Below, one piece after another: positions 16,731 to 25,363 of a DNA stretch of 32,000 nt. Within the stretch, counting starts at the first letter, position 1. Every line of letters starts with the position of its first letter. Source of the DNA: Candidatus Poseidoniaceae archaeon. Its GTDB lineage: Archaea; Thermoplasmatota; Poseidoniia; Poseidoniales; Poseidoniaceae. The position numbers and the translations under genes were made by a program. The stretch is from positions 330,001 through 362,000 of the forward strand of contig CALSTM010000001.1 of assembly GCA_943789275.1 (NCBI GenBank). Direction: 5' to 3'. The notes below the pieces were generated by a model. The model was not told the DNA's origin. It saw nothing but the letters and a program-made list of their open reading frames with translations, and searched no databases.

Positions 16731-18956
16731 TCATTCTTCTTCAAGCGATTGAATGTGAAGCGTTGAAGGAATCCTTACTGCGCTCGGTTCTCCGTTCATG
16801 CGCCCGTTGAGTTCGATATCGACTACGGAAGCAGTGCCGTTGATTTCCGCCATGATAAATGTGCGATTTCCATTTGCCATCGTGTCGAGGAATACTTCCT
16901 CACCTCGGTTCAGGAATCTCGGTTCAACATTTTCAACATTCCACGCCTGACCAACTGGCGCATCAAATCGAAGTGCTGCTAAGTCCCAATGGCCTTCAAC
17001 AATGTGAATGCCGACCATGAGTGGTATTGCCCCTTTTGATTTCGCAATCCTTTCGTCGAGTTTCCATACCGCCATTGCAACGGTATCGGTTCGGTAGTCA
17101 AGGTCAGGCTTACCCCATGCCGAGTTTGCTTCATCCCACGAAAGTAATGTCACGGCCTGAAGAGCTCGTGCAAGATTCGCACGCGATTGTTTTGGTGTTG
17201 TTTCGCCTGAATCAAGCAGTGATTTGAACCAGGCAAGTTGTTCAGATTTCATCGAGAATTCTCGTGCTGTCTTCAAGTTGCGGTATTGGAGTAGGCCGAA
17301 GTACAGGACTGGCAAAAGGAACAGAGAACCGAGGAAGAATCGAGCTCGAACACCCCACTTTTCGGCGTTCTCATCGGGCGGGAAGTACGGTTCTTCACCT
17401 TCATCAATAATTGAATACGAAGAGGAAAGAAGATACGTCAGTGACGGTGACTCCTCTCCCCAAGGATGTGGCGTGCTGTTCGTTGCATCAACCAAAGCGA
17501 CTCGCAGAAAATGCGTCCCCGGTCCAACCTCAAGTGATGCCTGAATTTTACCGTTGCTGAATGTACTGCGACGTGAGTCAATGACTTCCCAAGTTTCTTG
17601 GTCCATGCTCCATATCTCCAACTCAAACTGCTCGATGTTCATGCTCTCAAGGGAGAATCGAACGAGATGTTCTGATTCGACCCAACCGTCCACCTCCAAC
17701 TTGTACACATCGGCTGTATCGTGTATGGAAAGGGTCATCTCACCTTCAATCGTGCCCGAATCGAGGCTCATTGAGGGCCATGAAGAATTATCACTGAGGC
17801 GTGATAACGGACGTACCGAAGGTGCTTCAAGGCCTGAACCAAGGTCTGAAAAATCCTCCACTTGAACAGTGACATAATGCACTGGTGATAGCAAATGAAC
17901 CCGCACAGCACTGATGTTCGGATACGGGTAAAACACATACGCTGGGTCTGTGGTGATGTTCAGTTCACTGCCCAAAATCCATGTACCACCAACGAGTTGG
18001 TCTGTTCGGATTGACGTGTCAAAATACAACGGTTGGAAGGTGAACTTCTGAGTCTCATTCATGGCAAGCGTTGCCGAAGTGGAGTGATGCCCTACAAGGT
18101 TTAGATTGTGGGGGTTTTCAATCAATTGAACCGATGAATTATCGCTGTAGCGCATCGTCTTGATTGCCCAACCCGTATCTGCTACACTGGCTTCGATTTT
18201 GACCAGTACCCTGCCGGATTCATCGAAGTGCCAAAGACCACTTTCTCCAGACTCCGATGCATTCAGTCCTTGCGCCAAAACAAGGGTCAATTCGTGGTGG
18301 GTTTCTGCTGAAGAATTTTGAGAGTAGACAGAGATCGTCATCCCGTCGGTTGCATGCATCACCTGCAATTCCAATGTATCTCCACCGGCTATACTGAATG
18401 CCACGTATTCAGTGCCGACTTGTTCATGGACCCCTGTGACAAAATGTTGCGAGGAATATTCGCCAAACGGTATTCCATCAAGGTGTCCTTTAGAGGGCTG
18501 GATGCATTCAGTTGTATTGAAGCAATATTCGAGGACTCTTTGCTCCCTCTCCTCCAGAGGTGCTGGTCGAACCGATGGGAACGATTCTTCGATTGTTTCA
18601 ATCAAGGAATAGCGTACCGTCTCTGAAAGTGGTGAATGCATATTGAGTGTTGCAGTTCCATTAGCGTTCGATTGAACAGTGATTTGACTCGTGACTTGAT
18701 GGACGACGCCAGCAAGATCCAGTTCAGCAGAGCATTGTTGGCATTCAAGAACGAGACTTGTCCATTGACCTTCTTCGATACTCCACTGACGCGAGTGGTT
18801 GTCCACACCATTCGAGGTATAGCCGATAACTCGGCCGTCGATGTAGAGCAAATCTTCCGTTCCACTCTCTGCTGATGTGACGGGCAGTGGTGCCAACGAT
18901 AGAAGACAAAGCAGACATGCCATGAGTACGCCAGCACCCATCCGGCGCTTTGCCAT
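16731..18956 (-). CDS. Large type-I membrane surface protein: signal peptide, ectodomain of about 530 aa, one TM helix and a 183-aa non-repetitive cytoplasmic domain.
   Basis: The ORF extends to 18983 (TTG). ATG 18956 gives MAKRRMGAGVLMACLLCLLSLAPLPVTSAES, which has a classic basic n-region plus hydrophobic h-region. The TM is FFLGSLFLLPVLYFGLLQY (about 17283-17350), followed by RNLKTAREF... No family recognised. Confidence 0.8.
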   Translation of the reverse strand: MAKRRMGAGVLMACLLCLLSLAPLPVTSAESGTEDLLYIDGRVIGYTSNGVDNHSRQWSIEEGQWTSLVLECQQCSAELDLAGVVHQVTSQITVQSNANGTATLNMHSPLSETVRYSLIETIEESFPSVRPAPLEEREQRVLEYCFNTTECIQPSKGHLDGIPFGEYSSQHFVTGVHEQVGTEYVAFSIAGGDTLELQVMHATDGMTISVYSQNSSAETHHELTLVLAQGLNASESGESGLWHFDESGRVLVKIEASVADTGWAIKTMRYSDNSSVQLIENPHNLNLVGHHSTSATLAMNETQKFTFQPLYFDTSIRTDQLVGGTWILGSELNITTDPAYVFYPYPNISAVRVHLLSPVHYVTVQVEDFSDLGSGLEAPSVRPLSRLSDNSSWPSMSLDSGTIEGEMTLSIHDTADVYKLEVDGWVESEHLVRFSLESMNIEQFELEIWSMDQETWEVIDSRRSTFSNGKIQASLEVGPGTHFLRVALVDATNSTPHPWGEESPSLTYLLSSSYSIIDEGEEPYFPPDENAEKWGVRARFFLGSLFLLPVLYFGLLQYRNLKTAREFSMKSEQLAWFKSLLDSGETTPKQSRANLARALQAVTLLSWDEANSAWGKPDLDYRTDTVAMAVWKLDERIAKSKGAIPLMVGIHIVEGHWDLAALRFDAPVGQAWNVENVEPRFLNRGEEVFLDTMANGNRTFIMAEINGTASVVDIELNGRMNGEPSAVRIPSTLHIQSLEEE

Positions 18957-19019
18957 GTTGCCGTCCATGCATGTGCCTGCCAAGTATGCTCTTTGAACTT
19001 AGGCCCTTCTTCGTGTCCA

Positions 19020-20828
19020 ATGCTTGAAGAAGCAATGGCTTTTGGACCAACCATGGAGGATGGTCTGGGTCGAACCGTTGTTGCACGTTATCGCTTTGCT
19101 CGACAGTGGGCATTGGGTGACCGTAAGAGTCCGGTATCGTCGACTCCTGCACTGGTTTTACTCGATGGAGACATTGAGGTTGAACCTCATCTTGCTCCGT
19201 TCCGTTCCTCGACCGATGGTGCAATTCCAGCAACGCTACATTTTGAATCGAGACTTCCCCTCTCGCCTCCGGACTTTTCGACCAACTCCCCTTCATGGAG
19301 TGTGTCGATTGGACATGTATTGCCTCCATCGCTGGATGAGGCTGATGCGGGTGAAGTTGCAGGCACCGCCCAAGTTTTGCCCGTCTCTTGGCAGCGGCTG
19401 AATCACGATGCTAGCCTCACAGACCCTGAATTGAAACCCGATGTCGTGGTTCTTGTCGATGCGGTGCAACTTGCAGCCCAACCAGGACGATTGGTTGAGG
19501 CAATATCGATTTTGAAACAACAATTTCCTGGTGCGCTCTTGTGGACACCGGGTCTTGGGGGCCCGGATAACTTGGCAGTTCTTGTTTGGTTCGGCGTCGA
19601 TTTGTTCGATCTCTCCCGGTCGCGTCAGGCTGCTGCCGCTGGAGTGTTGTTGACCGAACAAGGACCAAGGCACAGCGTTGAATCAATGAATGAATCTACT
19701 GATATGGAGGCACAAGTTTCACACTGGGTGAATGCGATAGCATCTGTGCGAGGTGCATTGGCAACCGATCAGATGCGTTCCCTGGCTGACCGCCAATCAC
19801 TGACAAGTCCGAGATTGGTTGAACACCTTCGCCGTCATGACCTCTTGTGTCAAAATATTCCAGGCCTTCTCTCATCACATGTTGCCTCCGATTTCAAATT
19901 CCCTTGCCATTCTGCATCAATACAAACAGATCCTCTCATTGCCGATTGGGAATCTTATATTTCCACGAATTATACGGCGCCTGAGGGATTGGATACAATT
20001 TTGGTTTTGCTTCCATGTTCCGCCAGAAAACCGTATCGACTTTCAAAATCACATGGTCGGTTCATCCGGGCAATTGGCACCAGTGCATGCCACGAAGTCA
20101 TGGTCACATCACCTCTTGGTTTGGTCCCAAGAGATCTTGAGGAAGTTTGGCCTGCAGGTCACTATGACGTCCCAGTTACCGGTGATTGGACCGGGGATGA
20201 ACTCGCAAGGATTCAGCGTATGTTTCACATTTTGGTGGATCGGCACAACTACAAGCGAATAATAAATCATTCAGGCATAGGATTTGAGCACGCTTCGCTT
20301 GCAGTCATTGATACTCGGCAAGGCGATTCTGCAGGCTCACACGATGCTTTAGAACGTCTTTCGGAAGCTGTCCGTGATGCAGTGGATACCTTTAGCGCTC
20401 GTGGCCGTCGCACAGAGAAGATTTTGCTTGACAATTTCGCAAGCATCTCTCGCAAGCAAATGAACAACGATTCGTGGCTTGCCGATATGAAAGTGCGTGG
20501 TAAACCCCCACGGTACCGACTCGAACGGGATAAAAATCAGATGGCACTTTGGTCCATCGACCGCAGTGGTTTTTCGCTACCGAAGGCCGTCATTCCAACA
20601 TTGGATGAACTTGAGGCACTGCCCAAAGTTCACCTTCGGCCAGATATTGCTTGGAAAGGGGACATTTTCGGAACACTCGTGGAATCGTATGACGCATCAA
20701 TTCGCGCCGGTAGCGATGTCTTGGTGTATCAAAACAACACGGTGATTGGGTTGGCTCGCGCTCATGCCCCGGCATGGGAGTGGCCGAACACGCCAGGTCG
20801 ACTTGCAAAATCCCATCAACGACTGTAA
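19020..20828 (+). CDS. arcS: Archaeosine synthase ArcS (tRNA-guanine transglycosylase-like protein with a C-terminal PUA domain).
   Basis: The ArcS signature PC-X3-KPY-X2-S-X2-H is matched exactly: PCSARKPYRLSKSH (20013-20054). The C-terminal segment ...IRAGSDVLVYQNNTVIGLARAHAP... is PUA-like. The size of about 600 aa is typical. The start is ATG 19020, or TTG 18993. Confidence 0.85.
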   Translation: MLEEAMAFGPTMEDGLGRTVVARYRFARQWALGDRKSPVSSTPALVLLDGDIEVEPHLAPFRSSTDGAIPATLHFESRLPLSPPDFSTNSPSWSVSIGHVLPPSLDEADAGEVAGTAQVLPVSWQRLNHDASLTDPELKPDVVVLVDAVQLAAQPGRLVEAISILKQQFPGALLWTPGLGGPDNLAVLVWFGVDLFDLSRSRQAAAAGVLLTEQGPRHSVESMNESTDMEAQVSHWVNAIASVRGALATDQMRSLADRQSLTSPRLVEHLRRHDLLCQNIPGLLSSHVASDFKFPCHSASIQTDPLIADWESYISTNYTAPEGLDTILVLLPCSARKPYRLSKSHGRFIRAIGTSACHEVMVTSPLGLVPRDLEEVWPAGHYDVPVTGDWTGDELARIQRMFHILVDRHNYKRIINHSGIGFEHASLAVIDTRQGDSAGSHDALERLSEAVRDAVDTFSARGRRTEKILLDNFASISRKQMNNDSWLADMKVRGKPPRYRLERDKNQMALWSIDRSGFSLPKAVIPTLDELEALPKVHLRPDIAWKGDIFGTLVESYDASIRAGSDVLVYQNNTVIGLARAHAPAWEWPNTPGRLAKSHQRL

Positions 20829-20942
20829 TTGAAGCCTTCTTTGACCTCGCAATCCTGCGTTGAGACGTGGTGAAAAGCGCTTGGTTGAAGCGGAGCGGTT
20901 AAGAAGGGGTGACAAGTCGGCTTTTTCCTTGGAGTTGTCCTT

Positions 20943-21401
20943 ATGGCACGGATGTATAAATCACGCAAAGGAAAGAGTGGGTCCAGTAAACCCTATGTCA
21001 GCGAAGCACCAGAGTGGTCAAACACGGATGCTGCGGCGGTAAAGCAACTTGTTATTGATCTCGGTAAGGAGGGTCATTCCTCTGCTGTAATCGGTACAAT
21101 TCTACGTGACCAACACGCAGTTCCTAACGCTCGGCTCGTTCTCGGTAAGAGAATCGGTGCGGTTCTCATAGAGAACAACATTGGTGGTACCTACCCTGAA
21201 GACTTGATGAATTTGATGCGACAAGCAGTCGGTATCATCAACCACTTGGGCAGTGGAAACCACAAAGATCTTCACAACAAGCGCTCGCTTGAAATTACTG
21301 AATCTAAGATTCGCCGACTTTCCAACTATTACAAGTCTGAAGGTCGATTGCCATCCGATTGGCGATACAAGCGTGAAGAACTCCGCCTGATGGTCGAGTG
21401 A
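20943..21401 (+). CDS. rps15: 30S ribosomal protein uS15 (archaeal S15P / eukaryotic S13e type).
   Basis: The protein is 152 aa. The N-terminus MARMYKSRKGKSGSSKPY is the archaeal/eukaryotic-specific S13-N extension. The C-terminal S15 fold is indicated by ...DLHNKRSLEITESKIRRLSNYYK. Confidence 0.95.
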   Translation: MARMYKSRKGKSGSSKPYVSEAPEWSNTDAAAVKQLVIDLGKEGHSSAVIGTILRDQHAVPNARLVLGKRIGAVLIENNIGGTYPEDLMNLMRQAVGIINHLGSGNHKDLHNKRSLEITESKIRRLSNYYKSEGRLPSDWRYKREELRLMVE

Positions 21402-21461
21402 TACTTTACGCTCTTCCTTACAATGTGAGGCTTCATCAACGGTCACCTTTTCCATTCAAAT

Positions 21462-21467
21462 GGTGAG
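21462..21467 (+). promoter_or_regulatory. Shine-Dalgarno-like GGTGAG, 3 nt upstream of the ATG at 21471.
   Basis: The sequence reads aaatGGTGAGaccATG. Confidence 0.5.
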
Positions 21468-21470
21468 ACC

Positions 21471-22373
21471 ATGAACGACTTGCTTCAAACTGCCCCGTTT
21501 GTAGACATTCAATCCCATCTTGTGGGTCATGTTCAACGGATTCATGAAGCGGAAATGGTACACATCCATGCACCGGCTGACTTGCAGGGTTTGCTCGCTT
21601 TAACGATACTTGAATCTGCTTTTCTTGATACCGGGACATCGTACAGACGACGATTTTTACCACCGCACCAACATATTCCGCGCGATGAACGTCAAGAACC
21701 CCAATCGTCGCTCGACGGCCTCCTTATTTTCATCGATCCATTTGACGACACATGGGCATTTGAAGACTTACCTCAGACGGATTTCATTCACATTACTCCG
21801 CTGTCTGTCACCGTGCGTTTGGGTTCAAATCAATCTGAACGTAGGGGGGCATTGGATACTGTCGCTCAGTGTGCAGCCTTAGCTGCTGCGTTGTCTCCCA
21901 ATGGTCAAAAAACACGCCTCTTACGGCCATTTGCTTCAACTGGCCTTTGGCTTCGTGAAGCGCTCGATACAACATTCGATCCAATACATACTTCGATGCG
22001 TGACCATCTGCGGGATGAGGGTGCTTTCAGAGTGGTCCCACTACCGGATGTCCCTTCACCTGCGTCGGGGATGATTCCTGACCTTTCAGAGCGAATGCTC
22101 GCTCGGCTGAGAAAGGGTTGGCCTCAGATGGATGCTGAGGCTCGTTCCGCAGCGCTAAGCGAACTCCTGCTTCCGGCCCTCCAAAACCCATCGCTTTCTA
22201 CTCCTCGTTTAGAAGAACTTGTTTGGCATCGATTGATGCTAGGCACCTCAGATGTCGACGTGATGAGTCAAGTTCACCTTGCAGAACAATCGTGGCCCAA
22301 AGAAGCAGGAGAAGCGAAAGTCCATGCCTCAAAGTTGGCTGATATTTTCTTGAAATCAGGACTTTTAATCTGA
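21471..22373 (+). CDS. Hypothetical protein, possibly a short, catalytically degenerate RecJ/Cdc45 (DHH-fold)-like protein.
   Basis: The gene sits immediately downstream of rps15. The N-terminal segment VHIHAPADLQGLLALTILESAFLDTG aligns by eye with DHH motif I regions of archaeal RecJ/GAN (..H.DADG..a.aIL..a....G), but the DxD is lost. LLIFIDPFDD is motif II-like. No DHH triplet is present. The assignment is tentative. Confidence 0.7.
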   Translation: MNDLLQTAPFVDIQSHLVGHVQRIHEAEMVHIHAPADLQGLLALTILESAFLDTGTSYRRRFLPPHQHIPRDERQEPQSSLDGLLIFIDPFDDTWAFEDLPQTDFIHITPLSVTVRLGSNQSERRGALDTVAQCAALAAALSPNGQKTRLLRPFASTGLWLREALDTTFDPIHTSMRDHLRDEGAFRVVPLPDVPSPASGMIPDLSERMLARLRKGWPQMDAEARSAALSELLLPALQNPSLSTPRLEELVWHRLMLGTSDVDVMSQVHLAEQSWPKEAGEAKVHASKLADIFLKSGLLI

Positions 22374-22413
22374 ATCTGTTCATCGACGGGTTGAAACCCG
22401 AGAACCAATTGGG

Positions 22414-22770
22414 ATGTTCATGGCCATTGAACGATTGCTTACTGGTAGTATACGAGACCAAGTTCAAGATTTGATGTCGACCGAAGACCTCGTCATCGAA
22501 GCATTCCGAGATTTGGTCAAGGATGAACTTAAAACTCATATTCGAAGTAAAGTCGAGGAAGACCCTGAGTTGAAAGCAGAAATTAAAGAGGCTGTCGCCT
22601 ACTATTTCCATACGAAGGCACGAACGGTTTATGCGGAATTGAAAGCAACCCGAGCTGCAACCCGTCTTGGTCTACGCCTGCTTCCTGACGATCTACAGGG
22701 TGAGGTTGGCGAAGCAGTTGTTTCACTCTTTGAGAAAGAATTAGGTGCGCTTCTTGAGAAGGCACTTTGA
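22414..22770 (+). CDS. Small helical cytoplasmic protein (118 aa), unknown function.
   Basis: ATG start 40 nt after the upstream stop. The composition is helical and charged. No motif recognised. Confidence 0.6.
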   Translation: MFMAIERLLTGSIRDQVQDLMSTEDLVIEAFRDLVKDELKTHIRSKVEEDPELKAEIKEAVAYYFHTKARTVYAELKATRAATRLGLRLLPDDLQGEVGEAVVSLFEKELGALLEKAL

Positions 22771-22828
22771 TACGGTTTGTTCACTAAAAGGCGCTTCTCT
22801 TATGTGCCATGCGCGCTGGGGTGATATT

Positions 22829-22833
22829 GGTGA
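22829..22833 (+). promoter_or_regulatory. Shine-Dalgarno-like GGTGA, 4 nt upstream of the ATG at 22838.
   Basis: The sequence reads attGGTGAagttATG. This supports 22838 as the start rather than 22745. Confidence 0.45.
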
Positions 22834-22837
22834 AGTT

Positions 22838-24901
22838 ATGTCTGCACGCCCGCTGCTGATTGTGCTGATTTTTTTAGCATCCATCGCTGCTCCCTTTTCA
22901 GACGGTTATTTAGGAGAGGCAACAGCAGAGGATACGCTGGTTTGTTGCGACTCAGCTTCAGCAACTTTGCATCTGCTTGGCTCTGCTACTGCAGGTACCA
23001 TGTCTCCGTTTTCTCAAGACCTCTCGACTGACTCACCGTCCTCGGCAACCATAGCGAGTTCTGTAGCCTCCGAAGAGACCGTTGCGAAATGGGTACTCCC
23101 TAATGTTTGGCCAGGAACCATTCCAGCAAACACTTGGGAGGTCTCGATTGAATACGAACTTCGAGATGCAGCTAGCGCTCAAATCAATGCCACAGCCTCC
23201 CTCAAGATTGGTAGTCAAACCTTCAGTGCAGCAAACGACCCTGGGAGTTCTGTTCTTGGGCAAGGAACAGGAACACTCACTTTTGATATCGATGTAGATG
23301 CAACCTCCATTTCCGATATGGGTGCAATTGAACTTACTCTTACCGCTCGCTCACTGATCTTCACGATTCCAACAGGTGATGCCCAACTTGAGTTCTTTTG
23401 GGGGTCTGAAGACAAAGATTCGTTCATCGAGGCAGAAATCCCGCTTTTTGATATGTCTTTAATGGAACCAGAGGTTGAAGGGTCGGATGTTTATTTTTCA
23501 GTCTTGATTGATTCAAATTGGGGCATGGACCTCCTCTCAAAGTCTGATTCTTTGCGTATTTTCGTTGCGGGAAGTGAACTTTCAGGCGACCCAATTGAGA
23601 CCGGTGCTGACGGTGCCGTTCGAGTCACATGGACTTGGCAAGGCGCTAAGGGCGGCATAGAAAGTGTGAGTGTGGAAGCTCGTCTCACCATTGAATCAGG
23701 CGGTCCATCTCTTTCTGGTTCAACCACTTTTGAAATTGAAACATTCGATACCAGCGGTGGAACCGGGACATACTACCCTCCCGACGAGCCTCTCAAGACA
23801 AATGGAGATGGAAGTCCGATTGCAGTTACTGGGACTTTTACTCTTGAAAAAAACTCCAATGGTAAACTCCAATTGGACCGAACGACTCGACTCGAAGTCG
23901 GAGGAGAAATGGCATTTTGGATGCGATGGGGAATGGACCATATTGGTGACGAAGTCACAACTCTATCGCCGGTTTTGAAGAGTTTTGATGCAGGTGTGGT
24001 CTCAGATGATGAACGCGTCAGTCGTAACATTGAGCAGTCAGAAGTCATGGAGATGGAACGCCAGTTGCTGAGCACGACTCTTCTCAACTATTATCTGAAT
24101 ACTGGCCTTGGTCTGGAAGTGGAGGATTTACTTGGACATGACCTCCTCGAGTTCCAAAATCATGATGTCAATATCGACTTGAATGGAGAGTCTCAAGTTG
24201 TGAACCATCCGGTAACCGTCGTTATGACAACAATCATGCAGTTCGGCGTTGATGATGCGCCAAGAGAAGGCGAACGAATCAAACTCATTGGTGGCTTCAT
24301 TACTGCCCAACCTACTCCCCTTTGGTCTGATGTTTCACTTTCACTGAAGGGGACGTCGTCCGGTATGACCTCATTCTCATTCCCAAAGGTATCTTCGACT
24401 GACTCAGTCACCTATCGGCATCTACGTATGCCTTGGGGTGAATCTCTGAGTCTAGAAGGTTCAAACATTGATACCGATGATTACTTTTCTTTCCAAATCA
24501 CACCAACCGGTTCAATCGCAGCGACACCTGCAGTATTGTCTATTCTCGTGTTGTTCGGTCTGTGTCTTGGTTTCGTGTTCGCTCTTTCCTTTTCCCGCAG
24601 CCGTCGCCGTAGCATTCTCTTCCTCGAGTTGATTCTCGTTCCATTGGCCGGCGTCATCCACATCCTTGCTTATCCATCTGTCTATGTTGGAGCGGCCGTG
24701 GCTATTGTGGTCGGTATCTGGTGGGTTACTGCTGTAACAAGTCCTCGTAAGCGAGGACACCTGATAGAAGAAGCAATTTCAGTTACCACTCCAGTCATCA
24801 ACTGTCCTGCGTGCTCTACACCAAATCCAGTCGAAAGCCAAGTCCGTCCACTTCGATTTGCCTGCGTTGGCTGCCAACGCGTCATTCGAATTGAAGCTTG
24901 A
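22838..24901 (+). CDS. Large membrane protein: signal peptide, ectodomain of about 560 aa, three TM helices and a C-terminal cytoplasmic zinc ribbon.
   Basis: MSARPLLIVLIFLASIAAPFSDG is signal-like. The TMs are AVLSILVLFGLCLGFVFALSF, ILFLELILVPLAGVIHILAY and VGAAVAIVVGIWWVTAV. The terminal CPACSTPNPVESQVRPLRFACVGC (24803-24874) is CxxC-x15-CxxC. Confidence 0.8.
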   Translation: MSARPLLIVLIFLASIAAPFSDGYLGEATAEDTLVCCDSASATLHLLGSATAGTMSPFSQDLSTDSPSSATIASSVASEETVAKWVLPNVWPGTIPANTWEVSIEYELRDAASAQINATASLKIGSQTFSAANDPGSSVLGQGTGTLTFDIDVDATSISDMGAIELTLTARSLIFTIPTGDAQLEFFWGSEDKDSFIEAEIPLFDMSLMEPEVEGSDVYFSVLIDSNWGMDLLSKSDSLRIFVAGSELSGDPIETGADGAVRVTWTWQGAKGGIESVSVEARLTIESGGPSLSGSTTFEIETFDTSGGTGTYYPPDEPLKTNGDGSPIAVTGTFTLEKNSNGKLQLDRTTRLEVGGEMAFWMRWGMDHIGDEVTTLSPVLKSFDAGVVSDDERVSRNIEQSEVMEMERQLLSTTLLNYYLNTGLGLEVEDLLGHDLLEFQNHDVNIDLNGESQVVNHPVTVVMTTIMQFGVDDAPREGERIKLIGGFITAQPTPLWSDVSLSLKGTSSGMTSFSFPKVSSTDSVTYRHLRMPWGESLSLEGSNIDTDDYFSFQITPTGSIAATPAVLSILVLFGLCLGFVFALSFSRSRRRSILFLELILVPLAGVIHILAYPSVYVGAAVAIVVGIWWVTAVTSPRKRGHLIEEAISVTTPVINCPACSTPNPVESQVRPLRFACVGCQRVIRIEA

Positions 24902-25360
24902 TCAAAGGCTCAAACTTTTCAACGATTGCACAAGGTTCGTCGCTTCTTGATAATCGCCTGGTGAGAAATAGCCAGCAAATTCGCCATTCGTATCAGTCGC
25001 TACAACTGCTTGTGGTCCTCGCTTTTGAACTTCGGAAAGGACTGATTTCAGAGTATCACTAAGTTTGACTTCGAGAAAATCCATTTCCATCCATTCTGAG
25101 CATTTTGAAGTGTTGGCATCAACATTCTCGGACAGAGCCTTGAGGAATTGGCGATGTCCTATGACGCCTTTCGTCTTCGAATCTTCATCGAGTACGACCA
25201 ATATTCCACCGGTCATGGTAAGCAAACGACCTGATGCTTCAGCAATGCTGTCATCAATGCCAATGGTCATGTGTTCATCATCAAGGTCTAAATCTGCCAC
25301 CGTCTTTGCCATCGTCGTCACTGAGTAGCGGTAGCGTTCCAGAATTATATTCTTACCCAT
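24902..25360 (-). CDS. CBS-domain pair protein (152 aa).
   Basis: Two CBS-like units are present (...IDDSIAEASGRLLTMTGGILVVLDEDSKTKGVIGHRQFLKAL... and ...LSDTLKSVLSEVQKRGPQAVVATDTNGEFAGYFSPGDY). The ATG lies 3 nt after the gltX stop, which suggests translational coupling. Confidence 0.8.
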   Translation of the reverse strand: MGKNIILERYRYSVTTMAKTVADLDLDDEHMTIGIDDSIAEASGRLLTMTGGILVVLDEDSKTKGVIGHRQFLKALSENVDANTSKCSEWMEMDFLEVKLSDTLKSVLSEVQKRGPQAVVATDTNGEFAGYFSPGDYQEATNLVQSLKSLSL

Positions 25361-25363
25361 TCT

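Noticed and set aside
20829-20942. The 114-nt intergenic region before rps15 was examined for a tRNA or small RNA. It contains a 5-bp hairpin (CGCTT-ggttg-AAGCG) and a T5 run at about 20921-20925.
   Set aside because: There is no cloverleaf, no T-loop GTTCRANYC motif, and the stem is too weak. The region is more simply the arcS terminator (T-run) plus the rps15 promoter/leader (TTAAGAA at about 20899-20905, GGAG at 20931-20934), which I could not support strongly enough to list as features.
22387-22400. Hairpin CGGGT-tgaa-ACCCG between the 300-aa gene and the 118-aa gene, considered as a terminator or regulatory stem.
   Set aside because: It has only 5 bp and no following oligo-T tract. It lies in a 40-nt spacer between co-directional genes, so it is not distinguishable from chance.
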